A stretch of DNA of 64,000 bases, taken from positions 124,001 to 188,000 of the forward strand of contig NW_027191404.1 in the NCBI RefSeq assembly GCF_041146345.1. The letters run 5' to 3'. The position numbers and the translations under genes were made by a program. Under the pieces are notes generated by a model that made no database searches, was not told the origin of the DNA, and saw nothing but the letters and a program-made list of their open reading frames with translations. Origin of the DNA: Neodothiora populina (Eukaryota). Shown here one piece after another: positions 35,572-47,800 of this stretch (the first letter of the stretch is position 1; each line of letters starts with the position of its first letter).

Positions 35572-36803
35572 GGTTCTATGTCAGCCAGCAACATTTTCCT
35601 ACCAGCTCACATCGCAAGAAACAAAAAAAAAAAAAAAAACTGCACACAAGCTCAGAGGTGATGTCTCCAGGCCTCCAGGCCAGCCTACCTTGACCGTCGT
35701 ACGTGCATAAAGTACACCTTTCGTACTCGGGAAAGTAATATGCAGTGATGCAGCCCATGACCCCAAGGCGATCTCGCGCCCTTCGCACCACTTTCCTAAT
35801 CCCGGATCTCTGACCGAACCTGTGCTCCCTGCATACTAACGATTTCCTTCATTGGTCGCGAGCAAGGCTCCGAAAAGGGAGATATTAGGTAAGGTACAGT
35901 ACAGCAACGCACAAAGCACGAGGCACCCCTTACCTTCCCTTACAGACCAGTCGTTCTCGTGTGTCTCATCTACATAAAGTACATATATGCAATGCGCACA
36001 CACTGCGTCTGCCACATTCCGTCGCCTCGGATCACCACTCGCCGGAGGCAGCTGATTATAGTAATCTGTGCTTGCTTGCCTGTCATCCACACCTCGCCCA
36101 TGAGGCAGAGAGACGGATATGTCTCGTGTCTGGTCCTGCTCTTCTGACCAGATGTGGAACCTCCAAGGAGCGACCGCCGGGACGAATTGTCCCTCGTGAT
36201 TTGTGTTGTCTTAGGTTCGGACTTGGTCCGGACAGACAGGCAGCTGAGTGAGAGGGCAGGTACGCCTTGCGTGTATTCGCTGCATCATAGGGTAGTTTTC
36301 ATCCCTTTCAGCCCCCTGCAGGGCATTACTAACAACATCTATTCCGAGATACTACTGTCAGGTATTCTATCCGATGTACTGTATTGCTGTGCTCCTATGT
36401 CGCACAGCACGGTCTGTCTTGGTACGACACGGCAACGCGCAGAAAGCAGGAGATCCGAAACCCGCTTTGGCGTCTGCAATTGTGCCATCATGTCGCGCTC
36501 GTCGTACCACAGCTTCTTTGCTGCCGGAATAGGAGTCAGAGGTCGCACTGTCTCTCCGCATATCCTATGAATATATTTGAGCCTATGTAAGGGCTGCTGA
36601 GTCATGCTACTTCAACTCATAAGTTATGCTGCCAGTGTTGATTTCCCTTGGTCGGCGTAGCTAGAACCTCTGTGACGGGCCTCCTCGTGGGCCATACTTT
36701 AGTACGTTTCTTGCAATTGTATATACATCTAATACTGTAGTCTTAGTATCTTCCATAATCACATATAGCCTCATCATCTCTTCTCTCATTTAATCAAACC
36801 CAA

Positions 36804-38750
36804 TCAAAACAGGACCAAATCGACTCCCAGCCGACCTAAAAACACATCCCACCGCTCGCTCGTATCCGACTGCCAATACTCCTCCATAGCCTCCAGCGCC
36901 TGATCCACATTTCCCATGCCCCAGCGTCGCAGACCGATCATGCGAGCTTTGATGATACGTCTGCGCTCGGGATCGATGGTCTCGCAGCCAGCTGAAAACA
37001 GCGGCCACAGGATGACGATACTCGCTGGTGAGTCGGGCCGTAAGTCGTCGAGGATATCGATGATTTTGGACGTCGCGTGTTCGGGCTTGGGATGGTCTTT
37101 GGGGAGCTCTTGTACGCGGCGGTAGAGGTGCAGCAGAGCGGCGTAGACGAATAGGCGATGCGTGTGTTGTGTGTCTTCTGCGAGGATCGCGGGCGAGGTG
37201 CCGGCTAGCGGCGGCGCGGATACTGTTGACAGCAGAGAAATGAGTTGCTGTTCCGTGTGCTGCACGTTGTCTGAGAGCAGCGAGTCGAGGTCGTCGGCTA
37301 CTTCTGCGTAGTCTGTGCCGAGCGAGGCGGCTAGTGATGTTTTCCTCTGCTGTAGTCTTGCCATACGACTGATGCGCGATAATATTGGCATCAGCTCGAG
37401 GGAAAAGCCGACAAAATCGTCTACATATTGTGTCGATCCATCTGTGGAGAAGCCGATGGACCAGTATCTGCCGTCCGGGACGAGCGTTCTCTCCAGACTC
37501 GATATTCCAGCAAAGATGTCAATTGCAGCAAACCACTTGATTAGAAACAATGTTGCAGGGTCAGTGACTGTCGCAGACTCTCTGGATTTTCCGATCGACA
37601 TGGTCAGGAGCTGCTCAGCCCCGCGCAGATGTGTCTTCCAGCCTTGCACATGGCCCGACATGAGCACATCATGAGTGCACAGCGCCAAAACCGTGGATAT
37701 GGTGGCGAAAGTCGTCGCCTGGTTAGGGTCCATCATGGCTTTTTGGAGGCCTGTCAGGGCTTTGCGAGAGTAGAAAGCCGCCCTTCTCTCAATCTCTGGA
37801 GACGAGTCGCCCCGAAGCCGTCCATACTGGTCGACGGAAATGGCGAGAAGGGCTGAAAGTAGGCTCGGATTTGAGGCTGCCACCGACAGAAGCGAGTCCC
37901 GAGAAGCCGGAGGTAGAAGCGGGAAAAGGGTGGTAGCTGTATGCACGCTATAGTGATGAAGGTAGAAATAGGCATTAGGGGACTCGCTTGGACATAGGGT
38001 CGGGTAAGCGCTTATTGACGGCGGTATTGTCATAGACTTGCTTTTCTGGAGTGAAACGAGAGGTGAATTGACCCAGTCATCTACATCCTCTTGATCCTGA
38101 GCCGCGGCAGCTAAAGTGCCGACGGTGTGTGTATCAAGGAGACTATCATCATCAGGAGCATCTGCAAACTGGGACGGAGTGTCGACTTCATTGATGGGCA
38201 CTCCGGCACTCGTACTGATATTTGTGGTGTTTTCAGGTATTGCTATGACACACCAATGAGATTACGTCTTGACTCACATTTCTTCTGGGTGTTTCTACGT
38301 ACAAGGATGGCTAGACAACGACGGCGGTGATACTGGCGGCACTGCTACAGGTAATGGAGCTGACGACAACGGCAGTGATGAAGACGGTTCTACAACTTGC
38401 TGAACATGCTGTGCCGGGCTCACTACCACACGGGAGGAGGCATCAGACGGCGAGCGGGCGTCCGTTGAGTCATGATGTACAGTCAGATCTGGCACGACCG
38501 AAGAGTCAGGACCCTCGGTCCTGGATTTCTTATATGGTCTGCCTTCGCTCCACGACAGCTTCAGACTGTAGTCGCATAGCGTAGGGTGCCGTGACTTTTG
38601 GCATCGGACACAGACGGGTTTGGTCTCGTCACACTTGACTCGCTTGCGCTTGCACTCGGAGCATCCTTTCCTAGACTTTGTATTGAATCTGGCCGGAGTT
38701 GTGGAAGAAGAGGAAGAAGAAGAAGAAGAAGCAGAAGCGGGAGCGAGCAT
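36804..38750 (-). CDS. Zn(II)2Cys6 transcription factor with C-terminal fungal-specific TF domain
   Basis: KSRKGCSECKRKRVKCDETKPVCVRCQK...CDY; one intron (~38302-38243) joins to ORF with WK.HL.GA and ILWPLF.AGCE motifs. Confidence 0.92.
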
Positions 38751-39071
38751 TATGACCGCATAGAAACTTAAGGACCGAGGGAGTGCGTGTGTGAGTAAGT
38801 GTCAAAATACAACTGTTTGTCAATCGTTATGACACCAGCTGTGTCACTCAATCTAACGTGCAGGGCGCCCTGAATCATGTGTCGTGCATGACACGCTCAT
38901 GCAAGGTACGACCGACGACGCAACATCAGATGGACTCTTTGTTTCTCTGCATTTCATTTAGGGAAAGTGGACGAGAAGGAGGAAGAAACCCACCGCCGGG
39001 CACTGTACTTGGTCATAGAGGGAGAAGCGGCCTACTCGAGGTTCACCGCCAAGCACAACCGCGCCCACTTA

Positions 39072-39232
39072 CCTATCCGGAGCTAGCGGGGCTCTCTTAT
39101 CATCGAGTGATGGCGCAGAATGGCCTATCTTATCGCCGCTTCAAAGCGTCGATTTGGTCATCGGCCTCGACGACTTTACTAAATGCTCGTTTTTGTCTGC
39201 TTCAATGCACAGCGAGGTGCGGCAAGCCTATC
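39072..39232. promoter_or_regulatory. Cluster of GATA (HGATAR) sites plus CGG triplets in the divergent TF/ureohydrolase promoter
   Basis: Reverse-strand HGATAR at ~39096, 39124, 39129, 39227; CGG-N6-CGG at 39078-39089. Confidence 0.45.
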
Positions 39233-39487
39233 TCCAGTCATAGTGGTGAGTCCGTCATATGTGTGGGCAGTGAGGTGAGAAAAGTAGGCAGCTATGGTCC
39301 CAAGCTACCTGGCATACCCCTCCATTTGGCGGTCCAGGTCATATAGAAAAGTGTGATGACCCCCCACCTCTCATATAGCAAGTCTTTCTTCTTTTGTCCT
39401 CTAGCGATTGGAAAGGTACAAGTAAGAAGAACAGTAAGATCCCATTGGTTTTGTGGTAGAACCCGACAGTAACGTACCACACCCACA

Positions 39488-40726
39488 ATGTTCTTCCTAA
39501 CTCTCTTTTCTCATGTCTTTTGCATTCTTATATTTGTCATAACAAAAAGAGCTATCGGAGTGAATGTGAATGTGGGACCAGACTACAAATGGCCTGTTGA
39601 AGACCTCGACAAAGACCTGCCCTTTTCTCAACCTGTCACGTTCGCCCATCTCGAGTGGCAGCGATGTCTTGCAGAGACACACGATGCCCCGCTCGATATT
39701 GCTATTCTGGGGTTTCCCTATGACACTTCGACCAGCTATCGGTCTGGAGCAAGGTTTGGGCCCAGAGGTATCAGGTCAGGAAGTTCAAGAGAGAAGAAGG
39801 GACGATCGTATAACACTGTTTGGGGCGTTGACCCTTACGAAGAAGGACTGAACATTGTAAGCTTTTTCTTTTGAACGACAACACAGCAAAAGATGAGGAA
39901 GAACACTGACATTCAAAAGATCGACTGCGGAGACGTGCCCATCACCCCCTTCGACGCCGCCCACGCCTTCAAGCAAATGGAGCAAGGCTACCGCCAAATC
40001 CTGCACCACGCCACCACACCCGCCAACACCTGGACGCACCCGCGCATCCTGTCCCTCGGCGGCGACCACAGCATCGTGCTGCCCATCCTGCGCAGTCTCA
40101 AGCCCATCTACGGCCCCATAAGCGTCATCCACCTCGACTCGCACCTCGACACCTGGGACCCCTACGCAGGGTACACAGGGATCGCATCGGAGCAATCGGC
40201 CATCACGCACGGCACGTTCTTCTGGCACGCCGCGCGCGAAGGCTGCATCTCCCACGGCACATCCGTGCACGGCGGGTTGCGCACCAAGCTCTTCGGACCA
40301 AAGGACTACGAGATCGACCGCGACGTGGTGGGATTCACTATCATCGAAGCGCAGGAAATCGACGATGTGGGCGGCATGGACGCCATCATCAAGCGGGTGA
40401 GAGACACTGTGGGCAACACGCCTGCGTATCTGTCCATCGACATCGACGTGTTGGACCCGTCGATCGCGCCCGCAACAGGCACGCCCGAGAGCGGAGGATG
40501 GACGACGCGCGAGCTCAAGAGGTTCATCAAAGGGCTCGAAGGCGTGCGGTTGGTGGGCGCCGATGTGGTCGAGGTCAGTCCGCCGTATGACACGGCGGCC
40601 GAGACGACGAGTGTGGCGGCGGCGGATCTGCTGGTTGATATTCTGGCGCTTATGAGTAAGGATAAGAACGCTACTGCTGTTGCGGGGGGAAAGATGAGCT
40701 CTAGACACCCGTGTCGGAAATGGTAG
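39488..40726 (+). CDS. Agmatinase/guanidinobutyrase-like ureohydrolase (arginase family) with hydrophobic N-terminus
   Basis: GFPYD..SYRSGARFGP, GGDHS, DSHLD, SIDIDVLDP..APATGTPE.GG, DVVEVSPPYD; intron 39857-39919. Confidence 0.93.
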
Positions 40727-41805
40727 TCGTTACTCTCGCACTCGAGGGAGATGGCAGAATCGGGCCACTACTGTTGCAGAGGCTACAAGGAGACCAAAAC
40801 ACTACAGAGGAGGAAGAAAAGGAAAAAGACGAACGCTAGGAACGAAACGAGATGAACCCAACGAGAAAGATGTGCAAATCAGATGACCAGTATCTAGAAT
40901 GTACGAAACAGAATGACATGAACATGGAATAAGAAGAAGGATGACTCAAGTAAAGGAGAAAGAACAGTAGTAGAACCAAGATGCAAGAACCGAGAAACAA
41001 AAATACACACCGTAGAAAAGTACCTCATGAAATGGGAAATGTCCACTGTTTGCAAAGCACGCATTAGTGACCCGCCCCACCTACCTGACTGACTGACTTT
41101 CTTCTACATCTGTGGAAGGAGACGATGATAGTGCCTGACCCCTCCATACATCCAACCTTATTCGACAATCAGGCGGGAAGATGCAAGTTCATCAGCAGAC
41201 AATAAAAAGGAGGCCCAGGCACAGCATGTGAAGTGTGTTACGGTACGTTGCGCTCCGATAAGTACCTCAAGTAGCAGAACTAGACCCGAGCCTGTGGAAC
41301 CCCCACCAGATACATGTTGGAAGACAAAGCAATCGAGCAAAACCCGATGGAAACCACCCCGCTCCGAATCTCGATCAGAAAGCCAAGTGTCTGTGTATAT
41401 GTATGTGTATGAGCGGGCAATTGCCATGCACTCGTCCCACCATCATTCAATCGAGTTCATACGACGCCAACGCCAACCTCGAAACCAGGGCGAAAGATCA
41501 AACAAGAGAAAGGACAGCACAAGAAGGAAGAGAAAAGTCAAACGGCCAGATGTACGTCGACGACAGAGACAGAGCCGAATGTCTGCGGCTGAGACAGAAC
41601 ACAGAGGGGTTGGTATATGTAGTTGTAGTTGTTGCACTAGCATAGCAGTAGCATCTGAAGTAGTAGCAGCGGCCGAGTAAGTCGTGGCGTGGGGATATGG
41701 GAAAAAGCGTCAGGGTCGATCAAGAGCAGAACAGAAACAGAAACAGGACAGAAAGAATCATGCATGATAGAAAAGGAGAAAATAAAGGAGAAAAAAGAAT
41801 CAGGG

Positions 41806-42614
41806 CTACATGGCCATCTCGGCCTGTAACCTCCGCAGTTCCTCCTCTTCGTCGTCGTCTTCTTCTTGTGCCTGAGCCGGTGCTTTTGCCTTGACTGTGC
41901 GGGGGACGGGTCAGCAGGTTGCATCGAAAAGAGGACAAGGAGACGAGAAAAAGACATACCCTCGCCGGTGGCGACACTCGGCAAGCGGTGGACCTGGTCG
42001 GACACGGGCACGGTGCCGGTGTTGAGCATCTTGTTGTCGAGCTCCTCCTGTTGGAGATCTGCCAGCTCCGACTCGAGCTCGTCGTCGTCGACGGCGTTGG
42101 CGGTGGAGCCTTGGGTGAGGGCTGTGGCGATTTCCTTGCTGATGGCATGTTGTTCCTCGAGGTCCTCCCTGTGGGGATGATTAGTGAGTTGGAACTTCAA
42201 TGAATGGACAAGAACAAGATACATGGTGGCGTCGACTTTGTCTATCGTGAGACCTCCGTGGATGGTCTTCATGGCCTTGGAGGCATTGCTGAGGGCGTCA
42301 AGGGTTTCTTTGTTGATGTTCGCCGTCTCTATGCTGGCGATCTGGCCCTCGAGGTTCATGATCTGAGCGGACGTCTGTTCGAGGGTGGCTTCGAGTTGTT
42401 TCTTCTTGCGCAGAGCAGCTCTGGCGGCGGCCTTGTTGGTGTTGACAAACTTCCTGGCCTTCTGGTCTTCCTCGTCCATCTGGTTCTGCAAGTGTCGCTC
42501 TCTCTTGTTCAGCATCTCGAGGGTGCTCCGTAGCTGCAAGATGGCATGCTTGGGGGCGTCCTTCTTCTTGGTCTGACCGCCGCCGAACCAGCCGCCCAGC
42601 CCCCAGCCAGACAT
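41806..42614 (-). CDS. SNF7: ESCRT-III subunit Snf7/Vps32
   Basis: MSGWGLGGWFGG, KHAILQLRSTLEMLNKRE, IETANINKET, DDDELESEL; C-terminal EEEELRRLQAEMAM after two introns. Confidence 0.95.
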
Positions 42615-43327
42615 GATGATGATGATGATGATGATGCTGCTGATGTATAGAAATGGGAGTGGAAGGACAGTTTTCGTTCACCGGGATCGCTGCTGGTGCT
42701 GGTGCTGCTGGTGCTGGTGCTGGTGCTGCTGCTGCCGGTGCTGGATCGAGTGGTTGCTGGGAGGAGGAGCGGCGATCCGGTGCTGTTTGTTGTTCGAGTT
42801 GTTGTTGGATGTCAAAGACAGCGGCGGCGGCGGCGGCGGCGGCGGCGATGTTTTATCAGGTAGCCGTCGGAGAGGGAGAACAGGGGTTGGTGGTGGACAG
42901 GTGGGTTGCTTGCTCAAAAGTTGTTGCCTGGGTCGAAGTGGGTTGGTTGTATCTGTGTGTCCGTGCCCCTCTTTCCTCTTCGAATGCGGCGGGCGGCAGG
43001 AACAGTTCTGGGAGCTGCAGATCTCGGAGAAAGTGTATCGAAGTGTTACGGTGTTGTTCTTGTTTATCTTCGATCAGAGCTGTGGTTTCTTCCGATCGAC
43101 GTCTTCTGGAAAGGACCAGATTAACACGGAGCAGAGACAGCAAGATGTGGAGGGCATCAGTAGGTCAGGAAGGTACACGCCCGCTACTGCTGTTTCTGAA
43201 CCACAGTATGACGATGGATTACTCTAGTCTCTCTAGTCTGTCTGTCTGTCTGTCGGCGATTGCCGGACATGGTTGGCATTACGCTCGCTTACGCTTGCTT
43301 TTTCTGTCAGTCGTCCTATAGTGTCCG

Positions 43328-43353
43328 TGACCCTGACCCTGACCCTGACCCTG
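43328..43353. repeat. (TGACCC)4 tandem repeat, equivalent to TCAGGG telomere-variant units
   Basis: tgaccctgaccctgaccctgaccctg seen between SNF7 and TEN1. Confidence 0.9.
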
Positions 43354-43483
43354 GCCTACGCTATATACTACACTAATACCACTTCCCCAGTCCTGTGTAA
43401 CGAACCAACTGTATTATAGCCACTCCATCTCGACCAAAAACCGAGCCATGACGGAGTCCTAGGCTTGCGCCCGAAAACATGAA

Positions 43484-44061
43484 ATGCCCCCCCTCGACAA
43501 GCTCACAAACACCAAATCCCCCCTGCCCAGTACTCTAGTCTTCGTGCACCAACTGCACTCGCGACCCCGCGGCGACAAAGTCCGCTTTCTAGCATGGTAA
43601 ACCCCCACTATCAAAAACCATACTATAGTATTCAAAGAGAAAGAAATGCTGACATCACAGACAGCGTCTCAGACTATGATCCCCAGACTGCGACTCTGCA
43701 TTTATTCCACAGCTACAACAGCAGCAGAGACAACGCCAAGAAGACGTCTTCTCCGCGACAGAAAGTGCATGTCAGCCTCGCTGCCATCGTCGATACGATA
43801 GCCCGCCCTACGGACCTCGACGTCGGATCATGGGTTAATGTCATGGGTTACGTCTCTGAGCCTGCTGTTTCTTCTTCTTCTTCTTCTTCTTCTTCTTCTT
43901 CTTCTTCTTCTTCTTCTAATCATCGTCACCGTTCTTCCTCTTCGGGCAGAAGAGAGAAATCTATCCCCACGGTGCAAGCTATCCTGCTCTGGAACGCGGG
44001 CAGTGTCAACCTCAGTGCGTACGAGAGTGCGTTGAGTGAGAGGCAGATGACGGGGACGTGA
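43484..44061 (+). CDS. TEN1: CST complex telomere-capping subunit Ten1 (OB fold)
   Basis: ATG 43484; PLPS...GDKVRFLAC|VSDYD across an intron starting near 43597; VGSWVNVMGYV and VQAILLW motifs typical of Pezizomycotina Ten1. Confidence 0.85.
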
Positions 44062-44077
44062 TATCATTACCAAGCGA

Positions 44078-44112
<35 letters not shown>

Positions 44113-44182
44113 GAGACAGAGACAGAGAGAGAGACAGAGAGAGAGACAGAGAGAGAGACAGAGAGAGAGACAGAGAGAGAGA
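44078..44182. repeat. (GA)n/(GAGACA)-type microsatellite downstream of TEN1
   Basis: Seen directly. Confidence 0.95.
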
Positions 44183-44814
44183 GGCCAAGTGTGGATTTTT
44201 ATGGTTCTTGTAATTTTCAAAGTGAAACTCGCGAGGTATATTTATATATAAGAGAGTATAGTACAGAGAGCTCAACAGCATTAGGATTGGTAAGATCAAG
44301 AGAGGAAAGAGATTAGGTGAGAGAGACTCATCCCGACATGTTACTAAGGTAGGTATATGAAGATGGGGGGAATAAGCTTTTTCCGCGCGGGAAACAAAAA
44401 AGAGTGAGCAAGCAAAAAAATTGAGTATATAAGAGATCAAAACAAAAACAAAAAGAGAAAAAAAGCCAAGGAAAACATTCGTGTTTGTGTGTAGGAAAGT
44501 CATGCGAATGGGATATGAGCACAACCTCCTCTCGAAAGCAGAACAGAAAGAAACATCAATTTCCCAATCCGTTTCGCACATTCCTTTCCCCATGTCTGCC
44601 CCTCTCCTCCCGTCACCACTCTGATCCAACACTCTTGATCTCATGTTCACGAGGCGTTAAACCCTCATGCCTGATAACAGAAACGAATTCGTTCTTCGGA
44701 GAGGTGACAGAAACAAGGAAAAGATGTCGACTTGCACGCGCCTGGAATGCTCTTTTGTGGTTTTCGTATCATCAGAGAAGATGCGACAGAAATAAAAGGC
44801 AATCACGCATTTCT

Positions 44815-47800
44815 TCAACCCTTGAGCTTGTCCTTGAGCTTGCTGAGGAATCCCTTCTTCTTGGGCTTACCATCGGCAGTCGAAGACGGTGCAGGGCTCT
44901 GAGGAGCGCTTGATGTTCCAGCCTTTTGACTCTCGGGAGTGTTCTTGAAGAAAGAATTGCGCTTGGTGCTCTTTTCACGTTGCGGTGTACCGGTAGGGGT
45001 CTGAGGGCTGGAAGCGGCGGCAACGGCCGCGGCAGTGGCGGCAGACGAAGCAGATGCAGGGGCGTCACCGTCCTTGCGAGCACCTGACATGGGTGAAACG
45101 TCACGAGAGTCACCAGGAGTCATGTTGGCAGGAGCGGCCAGGTTATCGGGCCTTGTCTTGGGGTCGAAGGGTGATCTCTCCTTCTTCACAACTCCTCCAT
45201 CGATGGGCTCGGCAGCAGCAGCGGCGACGGGCTCGCTGGGCTTGGCTATGCTGCTCTCTGACTTCACAGGAGCGGAGGAAGTAGCAACCGGGACCTCCTT
45301 GGCCTCGGATACAGGAGCAGCAGTGGTGCTTGAGGCAGCCACAGGCTCCTTCTCCTTGCCAGAAGAAGATGCGGCAGCAACACCAGCACCTGCGAGAGCA
45401 CCGCCTAGCACGGTACCGCCAAGGGCGCGCTCTGCGATTTCTCTTGCGCTTGCGTGCTTCTGGTTGGCAGACTCGGTAAGGTTGCCAGTTCCAGATGCAT
45501 CAGTGCCGGAAGTGGGGAAAGAGGTGGGGTCGGCATCGACCTTCTCGGCATGTGCTAGCTCACCAGTCTTGGTAAAGAGACTCTGAGCCTGGCTGTTGGC
45601 ACCAGCGTTGAGGCCGTCAGGCGAAGAGAGCGAAGACTCGCCAGTGGTCGCACCGGGAGCAGTGGTGGTGAGAGCTGCAGCGCCGGCCGTGGGAGCGGGC
45701 TCGCCAGCCTCGTTGTGAGGCTTGACCTCACTGAGAAGCTCCTTCTCCATGGCGCTCTTCTCGGCGACTGCCTCTGGGTTGGCAGAAGCTTCGGGAGAGA
45801 CGTGAGCGGCTTGCTGTGACTCCTTGACCTCCTCGGGCACGGCTGCGCCGCCGAAAGACCCGGCGGATGGCTGGACCTCGGACAGGAGCTCTCTCTCCAT
45901 CTGACTCTTCTCAGCGACGGCCTCGGGGTTAGCAGAAGCCTCAGGGGAGACGTGAGCGGCTCTCTGCGACTCGGTGACCTCCTCAGGGACGCCGGCCACA
46001 CCAGCAGCTCCAGTGGCGGTCGAGGGCTTGACTTCACTCAGAAGCTCCTTCTCCATCTGGCTCTTCTCGGCGACGGCCTCGGGGTTTGCAGATGCTTCGG
46101 GAGAGACGTGAGCGGCCTTTTGCGACTCTACAACCTCTTCGGGGACTCCTGAGCCAGAAGTGGGGGCAGTGGTACCCTTGTTGTTGTTGATGCTGTCGAG
46201 GGTGGATGCAACGGTGGGAGGAAGGATGGTGTCCTTGGGGATACCAGTGGCCTCGGACGTCTTGTCGCGGGCGGCGTAGATGCCACCAGCAATAGCAGCC
46301 CCAGCGGCAGCAGTGCCGGCGGCGACACCAGCGGCGGCCTTGCCGGTGATGCCAGTCTCGCTCTTGCCAAGCAGACCAGACTCGGACGTGGCCGGCTCCT
46401 CGGGAACCTTGGCCTTGAGCTCTGCCTCCATGTCGGCCTTCTCGGACACGACGACGGGCTCGGCTGAAGCTTCGGGATCGACGTGTGCGGAATGCTGGCT
46501 CTCGACCACGGCGGCTGGGACGGAGCCGGAAGAGGTCTCGGGAACAGATTTCTCGCTGGTAGCACCAGCACCGGTGTATTGCGAGGTATATTCAGCAGCT
46601 TGATCAAGAGCGGGCTGCGCCTTGTCTTTGGCAGCGTAAGCGGCGGCGGCGAGTGCACCTCCAGCGGCCATGGCACCACCAGCGATGGCGCCAGTGACGC
46701 CTCTTTCGCTGCTGCCGAAGACGCCAGAAGAAGAAGTCGCAGGCTCCTCGGGAACCTTTTGCTTGAGCTCCTCCTCCATGGCCGACTTCTCGTCGACAGC
46801 GGTGGACGAAGCGGCAGCCTCGGGGTCAGCGTGAGCACGTTGCTGGCTCTCGGTGACAGCGGCAGGCACACCCATGGCGTTGCCGTGACCGACACCGTCG
46901 ACGCCAGCAGCTTCGGGGATCGTGGCCTTGAGCTCATCCTCGACTGCGCTCTTCTGATTCACGGGCTCGGTGTATGCTGCAGCTTCGGGGCTCTCGTGGG
47001 CCGCCTTTTCGCTTTCAGTCACCACCTCGGGAACGCCTCTTTCTCTGATGGGTACCTGGCCAGCGAGCTGAGCAGTGGTGCTCTGAGGAGCCACCGATGA
47101 GATGCTTGCGTCACCGACACCGCCGGCGCCGAGGGCTGCAGCGCCCATGGGAAGGCTGGACTCGGGGATCATAGGACCAGGGCCGCTGCCGAGGGCGGGA
47201 AGGTCGAACATACCGGCACCGTTGGCCTCGCGCTCAGTCTGCGGGCTGATGGGAGGAAGCTGAGGAGCACCAGAGTCGCTCTTCATGTCGCCGACGGTGG
47301 AGTGGACGGTGTTGCTGGTGAAGGTGCTTGGGTGGGGAACGGGCTCGCCGGGAGCGAGCTTGATCGGGTTGCCGATGCCAGAGGTGGCGGGCAGAGGGTT
47401 GACGCCAAAGGCCTTCTCTTCCTCATCGGCAGGGATGGGAGCTCCGCCGAGAGCCTTTTGGGCATCCTCTGCGGGGTTGGTCATCACTGTGCCCTCGGTG
47501 TCGTGGGCGACGTCCATGACACTTTGTCTCTTTCCTGACGTGGGGCCGGTAGACGAGGCGAAGGTGTCGATGTCGTTCTTGGTGTATGAACTGGTTTCAG
47601 GCACGGGCTCACCGGCGGCGAGCTTGACGGGGTTGCTTGAACCCTCACCGCCAGGCACGGGTGCGTCGTGGGTGGCAGGAATGGGGTTGACGGAGAATTG
47701 TTGGAGTTCGTTGGCAGGAGTCTCGGGGAAGGCGCCGGGAGGCTCGAGGTGTGATTCGCGCGAGTTTCTCTCGAGAGGCGCTTCGCCGGCCATTGCAGCA

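Noticed and set aside
42613..43321. Low-complexity ORFs (poly-Met/Cys/Gly/Ala) upstream of SNF7
   Set aside because: Artefacts of trinucleotide and hexanucleotide microsatellites in the SNF7 leader.
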